From Octopus bimaculoides (taxonomy: Eukaryota), in assembly GCF_001194135.2 (NCBI RefSeq), contig NC_068991.1:46389147-46453146 (forward strand): 64,000 nucleotides of DNA, read 5' to 3'. The position numbers and the translations under genes are program-made. Each line of letters begins with the position of its first letter. Position 1 is the first letter of the stretch. The notes under the pieces are model-generated. The model did not search any database and was not told the DNA's origin. It saw nothing but the letters and a program-made list of their open reading frames with translations. This document shows, piece by piece, positions 51,076-62,609 of this stretch.

Positions 51076-52181
51076 TAAAAAAGATAATAACAGCATCCGT
51101 ATCCCACCCATTTTTTACAGGCAACTATATTAAGCGACTCATCGAATCACATGAGATTACTTCCTCTCCCTCTCACCCGTTCTTTTGTCTGCAGACACCC
51201 GTTTAACACCCAGCTAAATTATTTCCTTTCATTGGTTGATTCACAACCCATCCTCGTATAAACGTGTGTTGTTCTTCGCCCTGTTGTACATATTCTCACG
51301 TGATAATTTAAATGCATCCACCCCTACCCGTTTTATTGTTACGTATTTAAATTCACACCCTGCATTTATTATTACCCACTCGGTAAAGCATATGTATGTA
51401 TGAATGTATGTATGTATGCACGCATGTATGTATGTATGAAAGCGTCCATGGATGGATGTGTGTACATATATATGTATGTATACGTATGTATGCTTGTAAG
51501 TACGTATGTATGTATGTATAACTGTGTGTATATATGTAAATATATACGTACGTATGTAAGCGTAAATGTACGCATGTTCTATGGATGAGTGAGTGTATAT
51601 ACACACGCGGGTGCGGGCGCACACGCACACACAGACACGCACATACACATACACGCTTGGACAAAAACGGATGTACCAGATTATTCTTTTATCAATTTTT
51701 GTAATACTGTATTTGTATAAGTGTGTGTATGTATGCAATTTAGCATGTATTTTTTATTTATTTATGTGTTTCAGCCAAGTGGCTGCGGTCATGCTGGTGC
51801 ACCACCATGTATATATGAGTATCTGTAGATACGTATATATATATATACGTATATATATATATATATATATATCCCTAATATTATATATAATATTAGGGAT
51901 AAAAATCCAAATTTACAGGTAAAAACTCAATTAAATTCAATTTATTAAAAATTAAAATTAAATTAAGTTTCACAGTATAAAATGTAAATATATAGTTTTA
52001 GAGAAAAGAACCAAGGTTCATGAACTCATCGATGAAAATCCACTGTCACATATAGAAAAATTCATAAGATAATGATAATAAACCCATATATATATANNNN
52101 NNNNNNNNNNNNNNNNNNNNNNNNNNNNNNNNNNNNNNNNNTTATATATATATATATGCGTGTGTGTATGTATCTGTTCAT

Positions 52182-52770
52182 GCATGTGGAGATGGAATTT
52201 GAAAGAACTCGAGCGGCTTGAAGATCCACCAGGCCAAGGTGAAATGTGTAGAGACGGGTGAGATGACCAGTGCAACAGCATACAGGAACTAATGCAGGTC
52301 AAATTCAGGAGAAGCAAAGCGCAGATTCATCCTACAATTCTCGAAACTTCCAAGTGATGCAAACCTTAGACCTCCTTAAAGTAACAGAAGCTAGTCGGGT
52401 AAAGGGGCCTCAAGCTAACAAGAAGGGACAGTGGTACCAGTTTAGTGATGATGATGCTCAGACACGGAGGAAGTCCCTGCCATTTCCGTAAGAACATGCT
52501 GACTCTCTTCTCAAAGACCTCTACTGTGTATATTGGGACACCATAGGCCAAAAGCGACCAATGAATCCGTGAGAGGAAGCTATGCCAAGTAAATTCAGAT
52601 TTAAAACTTGTTTAGAAGACCCGACTTATTCATGTTGAGGTTCCTACAATATGCAAGGTATCCCAGAAACCTCTAGATGGAAGGCCTTGAAGTTGGCTTT
52701 GAGAAGCAACAAAAACTGCGTCAAGGTGGGTTGCGGATCAGATGTGAGCCTTGAAAGGGGTATTGCTACC
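52182..52770. mobile_element. HERO-type (R2-related, RLE) LINE remnant with inverted middle
   Basis: Plus: ACGDGI*KNSSGLKIHQAKVKC and RVKGPQANKKGQWYQFSDDD. Minus (about 52455-52590): RIHWSLLAYGVPIYTVEVFEKRVSMFLRKWQGLPPCLS. Plus: LEVG, EATKTASRW. Clade assignment is from recalled motifs. Confidence 0.7.
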
Positions 52771-52885
52771 TGATGTAATGCTAATTAGACGGAAGCTGGA
52801 AATTGATCAACTCAGGTTGCACATATTGTACTTTGGTAGAGTCATGTTGCCTATGAAACACATTCAGTGGTTGTATTTTATTATA

Positions 52886-53310
52886 GGCGCAGGAGTAGCT
52901 GTGTGGTAAGTAACTTGCTTACCAACCACATGGTTCCGGGTTCAGTCCCACTGCGTGGCACCTTGGGCAAGTGTCTTCTACTATAGCCTCGGGCCGACCA
53001 AAGCCTTGTGAGTGGATTTGGTAGACGGAAACTGAAAGAAGCCCGTCGTATATATGTATGTATATGTGTGTGTGTGTTTGCGTGTCTGTGTTTGTCCCCC
53101 CAACATCGCTTGACAACCGATGCTGGTGTGTTTACGTCCCCGTAACATAGCGGTTCGGCAAAAGGGACCGATAGAATAAGTACTGGGCTTACAAAGAATA
53201 AGTCCTCGGGTCAATTTGCTCTACTAAAGGCGGTGCTCCAGCATGGCCGCAGTCAAATGACTGAAACAAGTAAAAGAGTAAAAGAGTAAAGAGTAAAGAG
53301 TAATGAGTAA
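52886..53310 (+). mobile_element. SINE family A (CORE-type, OR2-like), full length, young (in-window reference copy)
   Basis: A box TAGCTGTGTGG, B box GGTTCAGTCCC 52939-52949, CORE-like GGCACCTTGGGCAAGTGTCTTCTACTATAGCCTCGG 52957-52992, internal (TA)/(TG), (GAGTAAA)n tail. Confidence 0.95.
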
Positions 53311-53403
53311 AGAATAATTGGATATTCTTGTGATTAAACAGTAAAATGAATCAATTCATTCATTCATTTGTCAAACGTCTTTCTTCACAGCCTGTGGCTT
53401 TAC

Positions 53404-53490
53404 CAATGATGTAGTTCCCCCGTACAACTTCTCCGCGCAATCACACGTCCATTGGTTTTTGCTCAGATAACAGTTAGTGGCAAAACAACT
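53404..53490 (-). CDS. Candidate 87-nt phase-0 Cys-rich exon, SCFATNCYLSKNQWTCDCAEKLYGGTTSL
   Basis: Acceptor ttgattaattgttttatcag|, donor TTG|GTAAAG; only frame 0 is open; WxCDC motif. Confidence 0.45.
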
Positions 53491-53939
53491 CTGATAAAAC
53501 AATTAATCAATAGGTTAATACGTTTACGTATTAATTAACTAATTATCTAATGCATTAATAATAAAACTGAAACGAAATACAGCCAATAACTTTAATTTTA
53601 CTAAGAAAATGAGACCTTCCCAATGTACAGCAAAAATTGAAGTGATTATGTAAATAGTATTTAAAGTTGATTCATAACTGATAATGCATAGCTTGCACAC
53701 AGTAAAAACACAGTTTATATAACGGTATTATACGTATGTGACAAACATCACGTTTTATTAATGTCTTAAATAAAACAAGGATCTATGTCAATATTTAAGT
53801 GTGTCCTGTAACATTTCTCTTGTGACATTTTGTCCGTGACAAACATCGATAGTAAGACGATCCATACATAAATACATACGCACACGCACACGCACACCCA
53901 CACACATAAATCCATACACACATGCACAGATATTTAATT

Positions 53940-54090
53940 ATATTTCGGCGTGGTTGTGTGGTAAGAAATTTGCTTCCCAACCACATAGTTTTGGGTTCAG
54001 TCCCACTGCGTGGTACCTTCTACTATAGCCGCAGGCTGACCTAAGACTTCTGAGTGGAGTTGAGAGACAGAAACTGAAAGTTTGTCGTCG
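53940..54090 (+). mobile_element. SINE family A, 5' half
   Basis: ggcgtggttgtgtggtaagaaatttgcttcccaaccacatag..ggttcagtcccactgcgtgg. Confidence 0.85.
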
Positions 54091-54104
54091 TTGACTGAAC
54101 ACTA

Positions 54105-54272
54105 TTCAATTTTTTTTCTCCGTGTTTTTCTCCTTGTCTCCGTATTCTTTCTGTTGAAGAGCGTAGCTCGAAACGTCAAAGACTTTCCGTATTCCCGAGC
54201 GTCATACTAATATATACTTTTGTTATTTACACCACCTGTCCTCGTCTGTTGTTATTTTTTGTATATTCTCCC
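54105..54272 (+). mobile_element. Small repeat family F with hammerhead-like motif (54146-54182)
   Basis: TCTTT CTGTTGA A GAG-CGTAG-CTC GAAAC GTC AAAGA; followed by (TA)n. Confidence 0.75.
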
Positions 54273-54304
<32 letters not shown>

Positions 54305-54635
54305 GTCCGGTGAGAGTCACTCTGTTTTAGTGCCTTATTACTTACCACACTCACTGGTCTGATTTCCACTCATTTATTTATTTTTTCTAAAATTTTCAAC
54401 CTTTTCAATAGCCGTTGACTCTGTCCGTTATCAAAGCTGCGTACGTTTTGCTTGTTTGTTTGTGCGCATGTATGTGCGTGAGTGTACAAATGTATGTATG
54501 TACTCTGGATATTCATGTGTTTGTGTGTTCATCTTTTTGTGTTTGTATGTGTATGTGTGTGCTTGTCGCTCCATATTACCTATGTATCTATCTATTTATT
54601 TATCTATCTGTTTATCTACATATCCATTTACCTAC

Positions 54636-54672
<37 letters not shown>

Positions 54673-55539
54673 NNNNNNNNNNNNNNNNNNNNNNNNNNNN
54701 NNNNNNNNNNNNNNNNNNNNNNNNNNNNNNNNNNNNNNNNNNNNNNNNNNNNNNNNNNNNNNNNNNNNNNNNNNNNNNNNNNNNNNNNNNNNNNNNNNNN
54801 NNNNNNNNNNNNNNNNNNNNNNNNNNNNNNNNNNNNNNNNNNNNNNNNNNNNNNNNNNNNNNNNNNNNNNNNNNNNNNNNNNNNNNNNNNNNNNNNNNNN
54901 NNNNNNNNNNNNNNNNNNNNNNNNAAGGGAAATTACTATGTAGTGACAAAACGCGTCTAAAACTGCGTATATCATCGCATGCAAGCACATAACCATATAC
55001 GCACGCACATATCTCTATATACGCACGCATCCACGCGCACACTCACAAGCACGCACATATAAAGTTCCTTGTACGTGTCTATAAGCGCACAGAAAAAAAG
55101 TTTGGAGAGAAGAAAACGAAAACTATATGTGGAAAAATACAAAAACATTAACCCTATAATTATGTAAAAAACATAAAAATATAAAATCCAGGTAAAAAAA
55201 GTGAAAAGCTTATACATAGACACAATATAGAAGCCTATCAGTACAGTCCCATCAGCAGGTCCTATCAGTACAAATATTAAAAAATATATATAAAAAATAT
55301 ATAAGAAATGTAAGTAATAATTATAGAGACACAAAAATAGAAAGCAAGTCCAATCAGTAAACGCAGGGGGACCAAAAACGTAGCAAATATTTGGTCACAT
55401 GTGGACATGATACGAAAAGTTCAGTCTTTGAATTTAAACATGTGATAGGGTCCAAGCTGCCTTTCTACATAACAGCCTACTAACAGCTCTACCTGTGTGT
55501 ATATAAACTGTGGGTATTGGAGTATAACTACCTTCTATG

Positions 55540-55900
55540 TATATCTCCTATTTAGTACTGGAGATGTTTCATTTATGAGACGTGCTCTTGTATTTGTCTG
55601 AGTGTTAGGTCCTTCGGGTACTTGGATAAAATTCGGATGTCAAATTGACCCAGTGTGCTTCCATGTTGGTCTTTGGCATGTTGGTAGCATATGGAGGACT
55701 GTCTCAAATGTCGTTTAGTCTCTCCGCAATGCTTCTAGATGTCTCACCTATGTATATCATGTTCTTGTCTTGACAAGCACCCGCTGTTCAGCTTATGCTC
55801 TAGACTATATTTCTACATACCATGCTGTTATCATTGGTGTATGTGGTATTCTCAAAGGGTTACGTCCTGTATAGTTGTGATCTGATGGAGTTCCTTGGCT
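55540..55900 (-). mobile_element. Penelope-like element, GIY-YIG endonuclease remnant
   Basis: MVCRNIV..MIYIGETSRSIAERLN (55734-55760 = MIYIGETSR)..HAKDQH..TSPVLNRR. Confidence 0.8.
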
Positions 55901-55947
55901 TTTCAATGATCTTAATGTTGAGTTTGGCCTCCTTCAAAACCTTCCTA

Positions 55948-56210
55948 AATTTAATAAAAATGATTTTAAAATTATATAAAGGAAATATTACCGTTTTCGA
56001 TGTATCTCATCTTATCAAATATCAGTAAAAATTCATAAAAATTTTGAAGTAAAAATAGTTTATCTTCTGTCTGGGGACCAAGAACATGTCTTGATAAACT
56101 GTTTTTACTTAGAAATTTTTATAAAATTTTACTGATATGTGATAAGATGAGACACATCGAAAACGGTAATATTTTCTTTATATAATTTAAAAAATCATTT
56201 TTATTAAATT
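55948..56210. repeat. Long inverted repeat (foldback), arms about 117 bp, spacer 28 bp
   Basis: 55948-56064 is the near-perfect reverse complement of 56093-56210. Confidence 0.92.
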
Positions 56211-56468
56211 CCCTCTTAAATTGAAATGTCTTAGACTTACTTCTGCGTTATTTCCACCTCATTATATATATAAAAATTTGATTTGTATAGATCTCTANNN
56301 NNNNNNNNNNNNNNNNNNNNNNNNNNNNNNNNNNNNNNNNNNNNNNNNNNNNNNNTATATATATATATATATCATTGGATAAGTTCTGTGTAAGAATTTA
56401 TCAAGTAGTTAGCGTGTAAAAAACCTCATAAGGGAAAAACCCATCGTTTTTCCCCTATAAATATATTT

Positions 56469-56653
56469 ATTAATTTATTTATGTAAGGGCATTACTATAC
56501 ATAAATGCCTCACGCTAAGAGGGACTCTAGAAGTCAAACTACTATAATAAACACATTTTTACCGAACACGAGGTAATGCAACTCTCAAAAGCTAACCTTC
56601 CATAAACTTTTAATTTTTAATGTATAGTAATACCCTTATATAAATAAATTAAT
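56469..56653. repeat. Inverted repeat, 34-bp arms
   Basis: attaatttatttatgtaagggcattactatacat (56469-56502) versus atgtatagtaatacccttatataaataaattaat (56620-56653), 2 mismatches. Confidence 0.85.
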
Positions 56654-56689
56654 ATATATATATATATATTGTATGTATGTATGCATATG

Positions 56690-56915
56690 GGTGTGTGCGT
56701 GTGTCTTTGTGCCGGTGTTTGAACCTTCTACCGCTTGTCAACCGGTGCTGGTGTGTTTTCGTCTCCGTAACCTAGCAGCTCTCCAAAAGAGACCGTTTAG
56801 GTAAGTACCAGGCTTAAATAAGAAGTTGGTTTGATTCGTTCGACTAAAACTCTTCAAGGCGGTGCCCCAACATTGCGGCAGTCTGATGACTGAAACAATT
56901 AAACGATAAAAGATG
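56690..56915 (+). mobile_element. SINE family A, 3' half
   Basis: cgcttgtcaaccggtgctggtgtg..cttcaaggcggtgcccc..gactgaaacaa. Confidence 0.85.
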
Positions 56916-57183
56916 TATATTTGTATGAATTCGTGTATATGTACGCGCGTATGAATCTGTATATGTACGTGTGTGTGTCTGAGTGTGTATGTGAGTGTAT
57001 GCATGAATGTCTATCCACATGTGTGTATGCGTCTGCACTTAGTATACCTCCAAATGTTCGTGGTTCACAAGACAGCAGACGACATTTTTGTATGAACACA
57101 TATTCACGAATACACATACACAAACACGTAAGTGTGCGCGTGAGCACGCGCGCGCGCGCACACACACACACACACACAGATAC

Positions 57184-57214
<31 letters not shown>

Positions 57215-57519
57215 CGTATGTATATGTGCATGCATGCAGAAACATGCACATATAAGCATGCAGACGTGTCATTCGGTATTTTCTATATACATATAGACTC
57301 AGCCTATTATTAAATGACCTTCCATTCTTCCCTTTCTATCTAACGCTCGTTTTTTCATTGTTGTTCTATTTATATTTTAATGAGCATTCTTTTAATTAAG
57401 ATACTAATAGTTTATTATTTTTATCCCGGTTTGATCTTTGTTGTTGTATTGTCCTACATATTTTTCGTAGCCCTTGTGGTCAATAAAGAAAGAATTACTA
57501 TTATTATTATTATTATTAT

Positions 57520-57975
57520 TGAGTGAGAGAGAAGTGCATGCCACCAAAGTGACACTGGGGTATAATATACGAAGCTCAATATACCCATCATGACTACCCG
57601 TCCGATATGGGTACACCAGGCACATGCATCACAACCATATGTGCGCGACATGGTGATCTCATATCAAGATAAACAGCGCATGACCTCGCATGGGGGGGGG
57701 GCAGTTAGAATTTTCTGCAGGTTGAGTAGCCCATCCCACTCAAAAGGTCCCTGAATAAGGTTTGTTTGAGGATGTTGAGCAAAACATTCATGTTTCCAAA
57801 GGTGAATTATTCAAACCCCAAAGAATTCCTCTCAACACATGGCTATGATACTTCCCCAATTACTTCTGCTCGTGATCAGAGATGCACATATCGTCAGCCA
57901 CCAAGGAACATGCTCAACTGGCTAAGGTCAAACAGCTGACAAGCAAATTTGTGGTATTAAGCATAACATTTGCTG
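57520..57975. mobile_element. Unclassified non-coding cassette within an (ATT)n array
   Basis: About 455 bp of complex sequence with no ORF, flanked directly by (ATT)n on both sides like the Dong inserts. Confidence 0.45.
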
Positions 57976-58034
57976 TAGCCCATCTTTTTATACCAATTAT
58001 TATTATTTTATTTTTATTATTATTATCATTATTA

Positions 58035-58129
<95 letters not shown>

Positions 58130-58134
58130 CATAC

Positions 58135-58585
58135 AACAGATTAAACTGTTGGGAAAGAAAATTTCCTAGCATCGGGCTACAACAAATAACCTTAGATATC
58201 AAGAACCCTCTTAAGTATCCTAGATTCGTCTAATAACAAAGTTATTATTATTATTCATTCGTAACACAGTGTTGGTAAAAATACACCGCAGTCTTTAGCC
58301 ATCTTGTCAAGTCACAACAAGGACCTCAGGCAGATAATATTTTCCTTAAGATGTACGCTGTGCCCAATAAGGCTGCTTTTTGCAAGACATCAATCTTGCA
58401 TGGAATTTCCAGTTGCCTTATGAAGTTTTGAAGTTTCAATGGGATTGAGGCCTGCGCTCCGATAACCACTGGTATCACTTTTGCATTTACCCTCTCGCAT
58501 TCCATAGTCTTGCAATTTCCACTTTCAATTCGGAGTACTTGATTATTTTTTCAACCTCTTTACTCACATTCTTGTCATTTAGTAT
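58135..58585 (-). mobile_element. R4/Dong LINE 3' end, another subfamily
   Basis: DKNVSKEVEKIIKYSELKVEIARLW..KVIPVVIGA..LQKAALLGTAYILRKILSA* (stop 58326-58328); triplet arrays on both sides. Confidence 0.88.
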
Positions 58586-58695
58586 GGCTAATAATAATAA
58601 TAATGATAATGAATATGACATGTCCTCATGTCATATTCATTCTTCTTCTTCTTCTTTATCTTCTTCTTCTTCTTTTTCTTCTTCTTCTTCTTCTT

Positions 58696-58784
<89 letters not shown>

Positions 58785-59078
58785 CATTATTATTCAAATT
58801 ACGTACTTACTATGTAAGTGGTGTTTTTCTGGGTTTCCCTGTGCTGGTTTTGACTTCTTGCGTATGTCACATTGAGACATCGTGCGTTTAAGAAAGAAAC
58901 TACATTTTATACGACAAAACTCTTCCCGGTTTTTTAGTTCCTCTACTTTAACAGAACTTTTCCCACAGTTGTATTGCGAAGTTTTCCTTCCACCACACCG
59001 ATGTTATTGGGTAGAATTTGTTTTGTGGAGAGAGCTTCTAAGTGCATGTCCATATTGTTATTTAGCCAAGCACAATTA

Positions 59079-59149
<71 letters not shown>

Positions 59150-59151
<2 letters not shown>

Positions 59152-59300
59152 GTTCTGAGTTCAAATTCTGCCAAGTTCGCCTTTGCCTTTCATCCTTTTG
59201 GGATCGATTAATTAAGTACCAGTGAAGAACTGAGGTCTACGTAACAGACTAGCTTCCTCCCCCAATGAACTTCAGGCCTTGTGCCTTTAGTATAAAGATT
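59150..59300 (+). mobile_element. SINE family B, 5'-truncated
   Basis: cgttctgagttcaaattctgcc..ttcaggccttgtgcctttagta between (ATT)n arrays. Confidence 0.9.
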
Positions 59301-59336
59301 ATTATTATTATTATTGTTATTATTATTATTATTATT

Positions 59337-59389
<53 letters not shown>

Positions 59390-59392
<3 letters not shown>

Positions 59393-59530
59393 GGCGACGA
59401 CCTGATTGAATACTTTGCACGTCGGACAAAATGCTTAGCGTCATTTCGTCCGTCTTTATGTTCTAAGTGTTCAAATTTCATCTGGGCGAACATTTTATCG
59501 ATGATCTTTGACAATAATATCAGGACTATT
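59390..59530 (+). mobile_element. SINE family B, 5' part
   Basis: taggcgacga..gcacgtcggacaaaatgcttagcgtcatttcgtccgtcttta. Confidence 0.8.
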
Positions 59531-59569
59531 GGCATTTATCTGTCTGTCAGTATGGATGGTAAAACATCT

Positions 59570-60562
59570 ACTACCCTCTTTTCGGGAAACGTAGATTCTA
59601 CGAACATCAGCTTTTGGATGGTGCATATTGTTTATTCTCATTAGTTTTCTCGTTTTGGTGTCCTTTCGTTGGAGTTCATTTATATTCCATTCAATTATAT
59701 TATAACTTTACTCCACCTCTGAACAGCAAGTGAAGTAATGGCTTGAGTCCTATTCTGGGAAATCAGTTCCGTTTTCATAATCAGTCTTATTCTCCTATAA
59801 TATTCTTTCCTGACTTTTTCCTTCATGGCGCTGTGTTGAGTTCTTTTCCCTTCATTTATTCCTAGATATTTCTATACTCCATCTTGGTCTAATCATTTGA
59901 TAACAATGTAGCTATTTAGTGTAATGGACGATGTAGAAATGAGTCTTCCCTGTTTAGATGTTACTTTGTCGCACTTAAATCAGCCAAATTCCATGTTAGT
60001 ATTGTCACTAAAACTTTTCACAGTTGTTAACAGTACCTCCAAATCATTATCTTTTGCAGTCATCCATATAAAAAAGATGACAGAAGTATGAGTGCAAAGC
60101 AAAAATATAATGGGGACAATGAGTCTACTTGGAGTATAGCTTGGTTAATCTTAATACTGCCAGATGTACTTTTGCCTTTATCATGACTGGGGTACAGTCT
60201 TGTTCCCCACATACCCATACTTTGGCGGAGAATACCTTTAATAATTGTTGATATTTTATACAAGTCTGGGGCTTTTGTGATCCACGGTAATCTATCAAAG
60301 TTGTATTAAGATTACGTCTTTTGTAGGAGCAGCTTTCCGGTGCCATTCGCTTAATCTGAAATTGATCTATGCAACCATAGAAATTCCCACGGTGATCCTT
60401 TTGCTCTAAAGGCAAAATATTGTGTTGGTTGAGGAGTTGGATTGTGCGCTCTGCTAGAAATGATACCAATATTTTGTAAGTGGTAGTAAGAAACGTAATT
60501 CTTCGGGTTTTTAGTTTCGTCATTTTTAGGCAGCACATAGTTTTCGCCTTTGGGTCAGCCAA
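59570..60562 (-). mobile_element. R4/Dong LINE reverse-transcriptase remnant
   Basis: TTYKIL..NILPLEQK; ILQVDSLSPLYFC (QGDSLSP variant); HLFYMDD (YMDD 60059-60070); KYLGI..RKEYYRRIRLI. Confidence 0.88.
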
Positions 60563-61075
60563 GAAGGCAGTTTTTTTTTTGTTCTAGGTTTTTCGTTATG
60601 TTAGAAAAACACTCGGGTAATCGGTTGTGTGATATTGTCCAGCAGCTATATAGTCCTTTATGGGAGTCGCTACGTAACCGAGACTTTCTCAACAGTAAAT
60701 AAAATTGTTTTACTTTAATTTCGAAACGCGTACATAGTTAACCAGCCTTATTGATTCATTATTTTTCTGTCGCTTGCCTACAATAAAGTGTGTTATTCTC
60801 GGAGATTTTAAGGTACTAAGAAGGACTTTAGCGTTTATTTCATACGGTGCGTGGTGAGGCATAAAGCTGACCCCTTGTTATAATTATGTATATAATTATA
60901 AAATATTTTGTAAAATTTACCTAGAAGGTTTTTTTTCCGCACTGGCTACCTGGTAAAATTATTACTGATTTTACTTTTTATTATTATTAATATATATANN
61001 NNNNNNNNNNNNNNNNNNNNNNNNNNNNNNNNNNNNNNNNNNNNNNNNNNNNNNNNNNNTATATATATATATATA

Positions 61076-61986
61076 TGAGTGGAAATAAAAAGTTATACGC
61101 ACTTTCACCAAAAACTTTATTTAGATTAGCCGCAGTTTTCAGCGCTCACGCACTGAAAAGTGGACTGCTTGTGGTCACGCAAAGGAGGTTTGGTATTGAT
61201 CGCTTCAGTTTTCTTTATTGTATTACAGAGTAAACATGGTCGCTCCGCTGCCAGTGTGCGCCAAAAGAAATTAGTGATCCAATTTCTTTAGTTTGAGGGT
61301 GTGTCAGAGGCTGAAATTCATTGCAGGCTTTCAGTAAAATTCGGGGAAAACGCTCTACCGCGGAGAGGTGTGCATGAATAGATCGAGAAATTTTTAAATG
61401 GCCGGAAAAATGTTAAGCATGAAGTGGGAGCAGGGCATCCATCAACTTCAATCACTAACATGAAGATTCAACATACTTAGAGAGATGGTTCTGACAAAAG
61501 GACGAGTGACTGTCAAGCGGTGGCATGTACTCTACGAATTAGTCATGGTTCTACATAAGAAACCGTCCACAACAATCATGCGAGATTTGTAAACGTTTAA
61601 TCGACCGATACAACGATGAAGGCGAGCTTTTGGAGAGAGTATACCCTCAGAAAATGAGACCTGGGTTTATCACTTTGAACCAGGATCCAAAATACAGATA
61701 ATGCAGTGGAAAAACCTAGAACCGCCTGGGAAGCAGCAATTCATAATACAGCCTTCCAAAGAAAAAGTAATGTTAGCCTTTTTGTGGGACCTTTTATGTG
61801 GAACATTAGCTACAGAGTCCAGCCGAAAACCTTCACCGATGGAAAAGGCAAACTTGTGGACGGCTGGAAGAAGTGCATCGAAGAGCAAGGAGACTATGTC
61901 AAAAATGATGTAATTGTTCAATCCTTGCTTTTGTTTTGATAAATTACAGAACCAAGAGTGCGTATAACTTTTTACCAATTGTCCTA
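61076..61986 (+). mobile_element. Mariner transposon, both TIRs, internally deleted
   Basis: Perfect 17-bp inverted repeat AAAAAGTTATACGCACT at 61087-61103 and 61957-61973; SEAEIH, ETWVYHFEP, KVMLAFLWD, KLVDGWKKCIEEQGDYVK; segment with the second and third Asp is missing. Confidence 0.92.
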
Positions 61987-62029
61987 TATATATTTGCATG
62001 TATGCATGTAAATATATGTATGCATGTAA

Positions 62030-62098
62030 ATATATGTATGTATGTGTGTGTATATATATAAATGATATATGTATGTAAATATATATAGAGAGAGAGAT

Positions 62099-62170
<72 letters not shown>

Positions 62171-62300
62171 GATATATGCATGTATATATGTGTGTGTTGT
62201 TTGTGTATGTATCTATGTATATATATACACGCATGTATGTATATATATATGTATATATGTGTGTCTGTATGTATGTATGTATGTATGTATACGGGGGTTG
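62030..62300. repeat. Compound (TA)/(GATA)n/(TATG)n microsatellite
   Basis: Direct reading; representative of many such arrays (e.g. 3990-4870, 29860-31290, 43040-43660). Confidence 0.95.
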
Positions 62301-62543
62301 TGCTTAGTAGTTCCTGGCTTAGTGTAAAAGAAAATACTAGAGGATCAGTGAATTATGATTTTTTTTTCAGCATATTCACCTCTCAGATTTACGTATATAT
62401 TGCAACGGTCCTTCAGTTTTTCTAAACCCTGTAAAAGAACTCGGGAATCTGGACCTCCAGCCAAACGTTTCGCGACACCCTTAAAGCCAAGAACTTTTCA
62501 GCACTCTCTCTCGTATATCATATATTCATATATACCTATATAC

Positions 62544-62609
<66 letters not shown>

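Noticed and set aside
56880-56900. SINE A tail CTGATGA-CT-GAAAC resembling a hammerhead core
   Set aside because: Other copies read CAAATGA, CAGATGA or CTAATGA; no stem I or II; likely coincidence.
60921-60949. 29-nt minus-strand micro-exon (VASAEKKPS), and a minus-strand donor near 63496
   Set aside because: Such signals occur by chance at this frequency; no independent support.
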